A stretch of DNA of 64,000 nucleotides from an uncultured Chloroflexia bacterium. Its GTDB lineage: Bacteria; Chloroflexota; Anaerolineae; Anaerolineales; UBA4823. Positions 46,882 through 55,305 of this stretch are shown one piece after another. Within the stretch, counting starts at the first letter, position 1. The number at the start of each line of letters is the position of its first letter. Where the stretch lies: positions 137,865 to 201,864 of the forward strand of contig CAVZGO010000002.1 of assembly GCA_963774935.1 (NCBI GenBank), written 5' to 3'. The notes beneath the pieces were generated by a model. The model saw only the letters and a program-made list of their open reading frames with translations, did not search any database and was not told the origin of the DNA. Made by a program: the position numbers and the translations under genes.

Positions 46882-48868
46882 TTATAAAGTATCTTTCTCT
46901 AATGATTTGGCGTCTCTTACCTGGTATGGAACCTCAGTGATCACAATCCCCGGCTTGAATAATAAGGTCATGCGCAGCCATAAGGCAGTCTGGGCGTGCA
47001 GCAGGTTTGCCCAAGGTTTTTCAGGGACAAACTGCGGGACTACCACGGTGATCATCTCCCCTGGCTGGCGGAGCTTGTATATTTTATCGATATATTCAAG
47101 CAATGGCTCTACCAATAAACGGTAAGGTGACTCAATAATCACCAGGCGGACGCCATCTCCCCACTGCTCCCATTTTTGTTGGACAGAATGAGATTGTTCG
47201 GGATCCATCGAGACATGCACTGCGGTGACATCATCCGAAAGCATGCGCGCGTAGTGCAAGGCATTCAACGAGCCGCGATGGACATTCGAGACCAGCAGCA
47301 GCACACGATGCCGGCTGGCATAACGAGGCGGGTTGAAATTCGCCAGGGTCAGGTTTTTTGCCACTGTCTTGTAATGCCGGTGAATGGCGAAAAATATTGT
47401 AACCAGAATTGGAGTGGAGACCAGAACGATCCAGGCACCGTCATTAAACTTGGTCACCGCGAAAACCATCATCACAACGGCCGTACAAACTGCCCCAAAC
47501 CCATTAACGACCATCTTCGGAAGCCAGCGGTCATCTCGCTCCAGAGTTGAGCCAGGTTCTTTGATTCGTTCACCTGGTTGCAGCTTACCTGATTTCCACC
47601 AGCGGCGCGCCATACCTGTCTGGGAGAGCGTAAACGACATGAATACACCGATGGCGTACAATGGTATCAGACCGGAAACACTCGCCTGAAATAATAACAA
47701 TCAATAAACACGCAACCAAGGCTAAAGTAATAATTCCCCGAGAATAAACCAGCCGGCTGCCACGATAGGTAAGCTGGCGCGGCAGGAAACCGTCGCCAGC
47801 ATGTAAAGACGCCAGGCGCGGAAAATCTGCAAAAGCCGTGTTCGCCGCCATAATCAGGATTACTGTGGTCGCTGAGATAACCAACAGATAGAATATATTA
47901 CGCCCATCGAAAACTGTACGGGCAATTTGAGAGATGACCGTCTCCTCGAAAGAGGGGACTGCCTGAATCTTCGTTGCCAGGAAGCTGATGCTGAGAAAAA
48001 GCGTCCCTAAGATAAATGACATCCAGATCAGGGTAATACCAGCATTACGGCTGCGCGGTTCGCGAAAGGCAGTAATGCCATTCGAGATCGCTTCGACTCC
48101 GGTTAGAGCCGTAGTACCACTTGAGAAGGCATGCAGTAATAAGAATGCAGTCACAACGGTCGTTTCACCCAGGACTTCCATTGCAGGAGGGTTAACGACG
48201 GTGCCCAATTGACCGGTGAAGTACTGGTAGTAGCCTGCTCCCACTGTTATCGTCATGAGCACTACGAATAAATAGGTGGGAACAGCAAAAACCGTGCCCG
48301 ATTCTCTAACCCCACGCAGATTCATCAACATGATAAACAATACCAGTACCACTGCAATCCACACACGGTATGGGTAAAGGTCAGGGAATGCGGAAGTGAG
48401 TTGTGCTACACCCGACGAGATTGATACTGCAACAGTTAAAATGTAGTCGGTTAACAATGCTGCGCCAGCCGTTTGAGCCGGCAGCTCCCCGAGGTTATCG
48501 CGTGCCACGATGTAAGCGCCGCCACCGCCAGGATAAGCATGAATTGTCTGCTCATACGAGATGGTAACAATCGCCAGCAAGGCAACAATGGCAAAGGAGA
48601 TCGGGATCACGTATTGGAATGCAGCCATGCCTGCAACGGCCAGGATCACCATTATTTCCTGGGTGGCATAGGCTGTGGAAGATAACGCATCGGAGGCGAA
48701 AACCGCCAGACCAACCGCTTTGCCGATCGTCTGGTGTGGAGCATCGGCTGTCGGCAGCGGTTTGCCAATCAGCCAGGTGCGCCAGGATCGAGGTGGCTTT
48801 AATACCAAATCTTCGTGCAGTATCGTCGTACCTGGTGAATGCTCAAATTGATCTTCAGTTAATGGCAT
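46882..48868 (-). pseudogene. KimA-like K+/H+ symporter, copy 2; frame broken at about 47698
   Basis: ORF 47585..48901 parallels copy 1 up to ...LALVACLLI. ORF 46882..47700 (+1 frame) continues LLFQASVSGLIPLYAIGVF... to the C-terminus. Start placed at MPLTEDQ (48868) by analogy with copy 1 (MPLVEDP). Confidence 0.75.
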
Positions 48869-48986
48869 AATGACCTGCTTCCTTTGATAGACAGTGGTCA
48901 ATTATAATCCGGACTATTGGGTTGCATAGGGGGGATGAGCCTGGCAGGTAAACTGGCGAGCGAGCAGGTTGGACAGGTGATCTCTT

Positions 48987-49841
48987 TTAGATTTCCTGGC
49001 AATTCTCAGCCAGACTCGCGTCGAACATCAACATGAGCTGGCGCGTCAACAAACCCGGCTTTCCGCTGGCAACGATCCTCTCATCCACCTGGCATACAGG
49101 CAGAATGCCCCGGCTGGCACTGGTGATGAATGCTTCATGGAGCGTCGCCAGATCAGCCAGTTTGACAGCCTGGTACCGCATCGAGAAGCCCGCGGTTTCT
49201 GCCAGCGCCAATACCTGGGCACGCGTGATCCCCTCCAGTACACCTTCATTTGCAGTCCAAATGACCCCACTTTGAATGCCAAAAAAGTTGCTGCTCAGTC
49301 CCTCCAGGATGCAGCCTGATGGGTCGACCAGCAAGGCTTCATTCACGTCAGGCGGCAAAGCCTGGCGAATCTCACTGGAACGCTCGATCGATTGGGTCAG
49401 TTTTGCGCGAGGATTGGAGCGTTGGAAAGAATATGTGATTACTTTAACCCCGTGGCGATAGTCTCGTGCCGATGGAACCTTCAATAATTCGGCAGAAAGC
49501 CAAAGCGCCCCCGGCTCATCCTGGAGCGCTATTGTCAAACGCATGCGTATCTCACGGTCCTTTGGCAGACTGGCTAATACTTCACGCATTGCAGCCCGCA
49601 AAGCCTGGCGATCCAATTCGATTGGCAGTCCGGCTAACGCTGTGGTTTCTTCCAGCCGGTCGAAATGTGCCTCCAGGTGTAAAACTTTGGTATGGTGATA
49701 TGTGCGGAGTGTCGTATATGCACCCGAAGGCAGCTGCAGACTGACCTGGTCCAGATTAGAGGCTTTCAGATCGATAGGCTGCAGGTTAACCAGGCCATTC
49801 TGCAGATTAATCTTCCAGGTAGACGGAGGTTGGGTCATCAC
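48987..49841 (-). CDS. class IV (fold type IV) aminotransferase / aminodeoxychorismate lyase family protein
   Basis: 284 aa. GAYTTLRTY...HLEAHFDRL, ILEGLSSNFFG, GVLEGITR and EAFITSASRGILPV are typical of IlvE/PabC-like enzymes. Confidence 0.8.
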   Translation of the reverse strand: MMTQPPSTWKINLQNGLVNLQPIDLKASNLDQVSLQLPSGAYTTLRTYHHTKVLHLEAHFDRLEETTALAGLPIELDRQALRAAMREVLASLPKDREIRMRLTIALQDEPGALWLSAELLKVPSARDYRHGVKVITYSFQRSNPRAKLTQSIERSSEIRQALPPDVNEALLVDPSGCILEGLSSNFFGIQSGVIWTANEGVLEGITRAQVLALAETAGFSMRYQAVKLADLATLHEAFITSASRGILPVCQVDERIVASGKPGLLTRQLMLMFDASLAENCQEI

Positions 49842-49848
49842 AATTCAA

Positions 49849-51285
49849 CTATACTTCACCAGGCTCCAGATGGATAACGATCTGCGCCAATCCAGGCAGG
49901 CGGCGCGTCAACTCGTGTTCAACCATCGTGGAAAGCTGGTGAGCGAAGGTCATGGGAGTGGTGGGATCGATATCGCAGGTCATCGCAATGTAATAGCCCT
50001 CCTGGAGACCGTGCTGGTAATTCATGGTGATCTCGCGGGCAGATTTGAGCTCCGGAAAACCTTGGACAACCTCCATGATTATCTTTCGGATTGCCTGATC
50101 CGCATCAGGGGGCACTGTTTCGCTTTCTTGCACCTGGTCGCTTGCCATTTCGATATGGCTGTGGAATTCTGCCACTTCTGGAAGGCGGTGGCGCAGCTCG
50201 TGCTCCAATTGATCCACCTGTTCGTGGGCTTCAGACAGTGTCAGGCAGGGATCAACACCAAGATGGGCTTCCAGCACAAGCTGTCCATCTCTGCGCTGCA
50301 CCCAGCTTTCGTGCACCCGTAAGCCCATGCCAGCCGCGGTATGCTGCAGCGTGGCATAGATTTCGGCAGCATTATTCTGCTGGTTCCGCTCGGCTTCAAC
50401 ATGCACTGTGACATCGCTGACGCCATTCAGCGCCAACAAACGCCGGCGAACTTCATCGCCAATGGCATTCGCCTGCTGGACGGTCAGTTGAGGCGAGACG
50501 CGCACGTGCAGGTCTACAGCAGCGCTGTCTGGCGTGCCACGGCTGCGGACGCGATGGTAAGATTCTACCCCTGCGACCGTGCTGGTAATCTCCTCTATCG
50601 TCCGCGAGTCGATGACCGCGCGATCGACCAATACCGGTAAGGTCTCGCGCAGGATATCGACACCGATCTTGGCAATCATCATTGCTACGATAATCGCCAG
50701 GATCGGGTCAGCCATTGGATAGCCCAATCGCACCACGCCTAACCCAACCAGCACCGAAGCGGATACAAGGATGCTGGCGCGGGTATGGTAAGAATCCACT
50801 ACCAGCCACTCACTGTTCAAGCGGCGTCCCTGGCGATATTCATACCAGGCAGTAAATCCCTGGATCAGCATGGAAGTAAGCATGGCGAGGATCAACCACA
50901 ATGTGACATCAGGAGTTACGGGAGATTTCAGACGATCCCAGGCGGTCTGCAGTAACTGCCATGTAGTCAGAAATAGGAGAAAGGAGATGCTCAAAGCAGC
51001 TACCGTTTCGAACTTACGATGACCGTAGGGATGTTCTTCATCGGGCGGTTTGCTAGAAACGTACAGCCCGGCAAAGCCGCTGATGTGTGACAACCCATCG
51101 AACAGTGAATCCAGACCATCGGCAACCACGCTGAGCGAGCCCGTCAGAAAACCTGGAACGAGTTTTACGAATGTGGCGAGAAAGTTCAATAACATGGTGA
51201 CGAGCATAACGCGGAAAATCGCGCGCGTATCCCGCTGCCCGTGGTTCAGATTAAGTTCGGCTTGCCCATCCGGTAAGCTGGTCAT
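49849..51285 (-). CDS. cation diffusion facilitator (CDF) transporter with three tandem C-terminal cytoplasmic domains
   Basis: TM core with SLSVVADGLDSLFD and EEHPYGHRKFE, followed by three successive about-70-aa segments with the CDF C-terminal-domain pattern (details in findings). Confidence 0.85.
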   Translation of the reverse strand: MTSLPDGQAELNLNHGQRDTRAIFRVMLVTMLLNFLATFVKLVPGFLTGSLSVVADGLDSLFDGLSHISGFAGLYVSSKPPDEEHPYGHRKFETVAALSISFLLFLTTWQLLQTAWDRLKSPVTPDVTLWLILAMLTSMLIQGFTAWYEYRQGRRLNSEWLVVDSYHTRASILVSASVLVGLGVVRLGYPMADPILAIIVAMMIAKIGVDILRETLPVLVDRAVIDSRTIEEITSTVAGVESYHRVRSRGTPDSAAVDLHVRVSPQLTVQQANAIGDEVRRRLLALNGVSDVTVHVEAERNQQNNAAEIYATLQHTAAGMGLRVHESWVQRRDGQLVLEAHLGVDPCLTLSEAHEQVDQLEHELRHRLPEVAEFHSHIEMASDQVQESETVPPDADQAIRKIIMEVVQGFPELKSAREITMNYQHGLQEGYYIAMTCDIDPTTPMTFAHQLSTMVEHELTRRLPGLAQIVIHLEPGEV

Positions 51286-51318
51286 GGGCTCGTTTTTACC
51301 ACAAAATGGCCTAATTGT

Positions 51319-52920
51319 TTATGGCAATTGAATTTCGTACACCACTGAATTGTCGTCGCGGTAAACTTCAACCATCGCCTCATCTGCCTGCGCCTGGCGG
51401 ATAAAATCATCGTGGCGCAGGTCGCTGATCACATACGATGCCCCGAAGCGATCATGGATCAGCCGGGCAGGTTGCTCTATCTCGCCCCTGGTGATCTCAA
51501 CCCACTGGTCATAAAGCTCTGAGTTGTAGAGCTGCATATAGGTGGGATCCAACCCGATCAGGTAGGTATTTCGGGTGTTGTAATAAAACAAACGCGGAAA
51601 ATCATCCCAGTCCGTTTGAAACACACGCTCGCCTGCTTCCGTATTCGATTTCAACCAGGCGCTTGATCCAGCGAACAAGGCATAGGGTTTGGATGTGCGG
51701 ATGCTGGCGCGCGCCTCGCGCAGCGTTAGAACCATACCCCCGAGAAAAACAATTACGAGGAGGATAACCGGCAGCCAGGGCTGCAATCTATGCACGGCTT
51801 TATGCTTCCAATCTGGAGCGGTTGAGACATCCATAGGTTCGGTTTTTCGAGATAGCAAAAATGACTCGATCAGCGGCTTCCAGGCGAATGCGCAAAATAT
51901 CAGTGCGAAGGGTGGAAAATACTCGATAAAGCGCCGGGACTGAAAGAGCATCAAACCGAATAATGCGGTCATGAAAAAGCTGGTAGCGGTGGGCACATCC
52001 ATGCGGCGATTGTTCAAGCCAAGCGCAATGACTCCTGCCAGAAACGCAACCAACGCCAATGGCGAATTCTGTAATAACTGCGCCGTCGTATAGGGATACC
52101 ACTCGCTTCCCACACTCACCGAGGTTGCCTCAGTCAATTTAGGCGCCAGGTGACGTATTAAAAAGATAAAGTTATCCGGGAAATACGGGTTCACCACCAC
52201 GCCCAGAACCATTCCTATGCCCGCGTACAGCGCTGGTTTATACTCGAAGCGCTTCTCTAATAGCAATACCGCCAGGGTATAACTGGCGACAAGCAGAATC
52301 ACCAGCGGAAATGCATCATACAACCAGACATAAGCGAAGGAGAATGGCAGCAGCCAGCGGTACTGGCGGGAGAGGAGCAAGCTTAATCCCAGGGCGAGGA
52401 ATGCCAGGGAAAGCGATTGCGCCCGCGTAATGCTCATGCGGTAGATAAACGCTTCTGAGATAGCCAGCAGACCAAAAGCCCACAAGGCGGCATAGGGCAC
52501 CTTTTGGCGGTAAAACAACCACCAAACGCTCAAAAAAGCCAGGCCTGCAAAAATCACGCTGGCCCACTTCGCCCCCAGGCGTAGATCACCGAATGTAAAC
52601 GGGATGAGGGCGACATGGAAGAGAAAGTGGTGGTCGGAGAATTCACGTTCATTCAGAATACTGAGCGGCAGCCAGGGAAAATTCGGTTTCAAACCCTGGG
52701 TACGCATTTGCTCTGCCAGACGAATGTGATAATAGCCATCGTTGTCCGGCAGGTCAGGCGAAGCGAACTGTACCGCCGCCATGAAGCCAATGAAGATGGC
52801 AAAAATCAAAATGGCCTGGTACAGTCCGCTGCGTTTATTTACCTCGCTACCATCACGGCTTGTCGTCGTCATCACCCTTCCCAGAGTTGTCGTTACCATT
52901 CGAGTTGGATGAATCATCAC
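51319..52920 (-). CDS. polytopic membrane protein, possible GT-C/PMT-like glycosyltransferase
   Basis: About 530 aa and more than 10 TM helices. First-loop motif DLPDNDGYYHIRLAEQM resembles the acidic-loop motif of ArnT/PMT-type enzymes. Start uncertain. Confidence 0.5.
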   Translation of the reverse strand: MMIHPTRMVTTTLGRVMTTTSRDGSEVNKRSGLYQAILIFAIFIGFMAAVQFASPDLPDNDGYYHIRLAEQMRTQGLKPNFPWLPLSILNEREFSDHHFLFHVALIPFTFGDLRLGAKWASVIFAGLAFLSVWWLFYRQKVPYAALWAFGLLAISEAFIYRMSITRAQSLSLAFLALGLSLLLSRQYRWLLPFSFAYVWLYDAFPLVILLVASYTLAVLLLEKRFEYKPALYAGIGMVLGVVVNPYFPDNFIFLIRHLAPKLTEATSVSVGSEWYPYTTAQLLQNSPLALVAFLAGVIALGLNNRRMDVPTATSFFMTALFGLMLFQSRRFIEYFPPFALIFCAFAWKPLIESFLLSRKTEPMDVSTAPDWKHKAVHRLQPWLPVILLVIVFLGGMVLTLREARASIRTSKPYALFAGSSAWLKSNTEAGERVFQTDWDDFPRLFYYNTRNTYLIGLDPTYMQLYNSELYDQWVEITRGEIEQPARLIHDRFGASYVISDLRHDDFIRQAQADEAMVEVYRDDNSVVYEIQLP

Positions 52921-52934
52921 CGTTCGAATTCGAA

Positions 52935-54062
52935 TTATCGTCTGTTGTTGTGATCGTTGCTGTTGTCGTCGTTTATGTTCGACCCGCCGTCATTCGAATT
53001 GTCATTTCCGTCATCATTGGAATTGCTGTCATCATTCTCATTGCTGTTGTCGTTCCCGTCATCATTCACATTGCCGTTGCCACTATTATCATCGTTGGTA
53101 TTGGAGTTGCCATTCCCATTTGTGTTGGCGTTTTCGTTGCCCGGCAGAGAATCAGCCAGCTCGATCTCCCTGGCAAGCAGAGAACCATCGGCTGTTGGTG
53201 TTGCATGCACTTTTACCAACGCTCCGACGACAATATTCCCTTTGATTTCGGTTTGTGCGGTTATGACCACAGATTTGCCGCTAACTACCCAGATGTTGCT
53301 GCCCATCTGCTCAACAAAGCCCACGAACTCCACCTCACTGCCCTGTCCGATCTGAGCGGATCCTTCAGACTGAGAAAATTGAATCGCAGCTTCCAAACTG
53401 GTGCGGGCTGCATCTGGCACGTTGCCCATCATCCCGCTTAATACCTGGCTGTAGCGGGTGAGCAGGTCCGTAATCCGGCCAGCCAGCTCTGTAGCTTTGA
53501 CCGGGTCACCGGCGGCAACATCTTTCATCGCCTCCAATGCCAGTTGAACGTATGTCTGGTACTCGCTGGTCGCCAACTGGATGTCATCATAACGCCCTTC
53601 AGCAATCAACCGGGCGATCTCATCCAGGCGGCGCTCGGCAAAGCCGAGGTAAAGCTCCACCTTACGAGCGGCATCTCCCGCCAGGCTTGCCTGGGTTTGC
53701 TCCAGGCCGGTTTTTACGCCGTATAAAGCATCGCCCGGAAGCGCACTTTGTGCCGCATAAGCTGTGATTCCAGCACCACCGAACAGGAAAGCTAAAATCA
53801 TCACTACAGCCACCAACGCAGTCAGGGCAGCCCGCTGACGAGAATTGGATTGAGTCCCAGCCAGCCAATTCTTAAACTGCTGCCATCCAGAAACATGACT
53901 CGCTGGCTGAGACATGGGTGCGGGCATCGCATCCACCTCAGCGACAAATTTCGCACGCCCTCGAGCCACTGCTTCGGGATCTCGCGCCGGCACATCCTTA
54001 GCCGCATCAAACATCGCTTGCAAGCGAGGGTCTAATTCATTTTGAGCATCATTGTTGTTCAT
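52935..54062 (-). CDS. putative anti-sigma factor (DUF5667-like extracytoplasmic domain) with Asn/Asp/Ser/Gly-rich C-terminal tail
   Basis: 4-nt ATGA overlap with the upstream ECF sigma gene. Single TM helix (ALTALVAVVMILAFLFGG). PGDALYGVKTGLEQ...ERRLDEI helical domain. The last 75 aa or so are NENANTNGNGNSNTNDDNSGNGNVNDDGNDNSNEND... Confidence 0.6.
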   Translation of the reverse strand: MNNNDAQNELDPRLQAMFDAAKDVPARDPEAVARGRAKFVAEVDAMPAPMSQPASHVSGWQQFKNWLAGTQSNSRQRAALTALVAVVMILAFLFGGAGITAYAAQSALPGDALYGVKTGLEQTQASLAGDAARKVELYLGFAERRLDEIARLIAEGRYDDIQLATSEYQTYVQLALEAMKDVAAGDPVKATELAGRITDLLTRYSQVLSGMMGNVPDAARTSLEAAIQFSQSEGSAQIGQGSEVEFVGFVEQMGSNIWVVSGKSVVITAQTEIKGNIVVGALVKVHATPTADGSLLAREIELADSLPGNENANTNGNGNSNTNDDNSGNGNVNDDGNDNSNENDDSNSNDDGNDNSNDGGSNINDDNSNDHNNRR

Positions 54063-54613
54063 TTTTCTATCTCCTGTTCGCCCAGCATGCGGCGCAGCGC
54101 TGCCAACGCACGGTACTGCAGAGCGCGTGTTGCCTCGGCAGATTTTCCAAGCACTGCTGCAGCCTCCTCATGAGAGCGGTTTTCCAAAAATCGCAGTGAC
54201 ACTACCAGCCGCTGCTCCTCCGGAAGATTTCGCATTGCAGCTCGCAAGCGCTGGCTCTCCAGAGCTTGATCGACCTGGTGATCAGGGCTGTGTTCATGCC
54301 CGGCATGCAAATCCTCATCCAGCTCTTCCAGCGGCGGCTGGCGGCGGTACAGATCCGTGATCCAATTGTGCGCCATGCGATAGAGATAAGCCTGGGGGTT
54401 ATCGAAGGTTTTACCCGCGCGCGCGGCTCGCAAGAAGCGGCTGAATGTTTCCGCTACACATTCTTCAGCGTGATCCTGGTCACCAATCAGACGGTAAGCA
54501 TACCGGTAGATACCAGGACTGTATGACTCGTAAAGGTTCACCAGCGTCTCTTTATCGTATTGACTCACTGCAGTTGTAGAGAGTGCATTCATTTGCATAT
54601 TTAATTCACTCAT
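54059..54613 (-). CDS. ECF-type RNA polymerase sigma-70 family factor
   Basis: Region 2 (IYRYAYRLIGDQDHAEECVAETFSRF...YLYRMAHNWITDLYRR) and region 4 (EQRLVVSLRFLENRSHEEAAAVLGKSAEATRALQYRALAALRRM). The ORF is open to 54682 and the start is uncertain. Confidence 0.8.
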   Translation of the reverse strand: MSELNMQMNALSTTAVSQYDKETLVNLYESYSPGIYRYAYRLIGDQDHAEECVAETFSRFLRAARAGKTFDNPQAYLYRMAHNWITDLYRRQPPLEELDEDLHAGHEHSPDHQVDQALESQRLRAAMRNLPEEQRLVVSLRFLENRSHEEAAAVLGKSAEATRALQYRALAALRRMLGEQEIEK

Positions 54614-54706
54614 TTCACCTGTATGACGCCAGGCAATGGAAAATGTGACGGAAGTTCTCCATTTTTCCATTTTCTTATTCAATTGTCAAGCAAGAATTTG
54701 GGAAAG

Positions 54707-55120
54707 CTAGTCCCGATCGACCCCCAGGGCACGGAAGTCCCAATCTGCCATAACCAGGCGCAGCTCGTTCCGGCTGTGCACGTTAAACTTGACCAGGATA
54801 TGGCGGATGTGGGACTTGACCGTAGCGCCAGAAATCACCAGGTGGGCGGCAATCTCACTGGTGGTGTAGTTCTGGCAAACCATTGCAACCACCTGCTGTT
54901 CGCGTGGCGAGAGCGTCTGCCAGCGCTGCCAGACATCTTCCATCTCCAGCCGCCGGGCAATTGCCTCCGAAATTAACCCCGAAGCCACTTCTGCTTCGCT
55001 TACCTTCTCCTGCTCGGCCAGGCTGCGCAGCGTCTGCACCAGCTCATCATCCAGCAAATACGTGCGCTCCACGGGTACACGAAAGCCCAACCCACGCAGC
55101 AGGCGATACCAGAAAGACAT
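54707..55120 (-). CDS. LuxR/FixJ-type HTH transcriptional regulator (no receiver domain)
   Basis: LSPREQQVVAMVCQNYTTSEIAAHLVISGATVKSHIRHILVKFNVHSRNEL is a GerE/LuxR HTH. Confidence 0.75.
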   Translation of the reverse strand: MSFWYRLLRGLGFRVPVERTYLLDDELVQTLRSLAEQEKVSEAEVASGLISEAIARRLEMEDVWQRWQTLSPREQQVVAMVCQNYTTSEIAAHLVISGATVKSHIRHILVKFNVHSRNELRLVMADWDFRALGVDRD

Positions 55121-55305
55121 TCAGGAAAATTCCTCGACCACCCGTATACTCCCTTGGATATTTCTGCCACGCCGCGGGTGATGCGCCTCAGAAATATTCG
55201 CTATAATAGAACTTTTGTTCTGTTACAACAAATCATAACGGGGATTGCCTGAATTGTCAATATGCGCAATAAAATATTAAATTTCCTTGTTGGTAGTCAG
55301 GTTTA

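Noticed and set aside
48869-48986. Possible c-di-AMP (ydaO-type) riboswitch upstream of the KimA-like genes
   Set aside because: The 118-nt gap is shorter than the riboswitch. I could not find the conserved segments I remember (GGGGGACCCA, GGGGUGAAUCC, ACCCGAAUCCGACAGCUAACCUCGUAAGCG). A covariance-model scan would be the decisive test.
52860-53441. Plus-strand ORFs (193 and 132 aa) rich in V/I/S/F
   Set aside because: They are the antisense reading of the Asn/Asp/Ser codon repeats in the anti-sigma tail. The hydrophobic low-complexity product is an artefact of the repeat.
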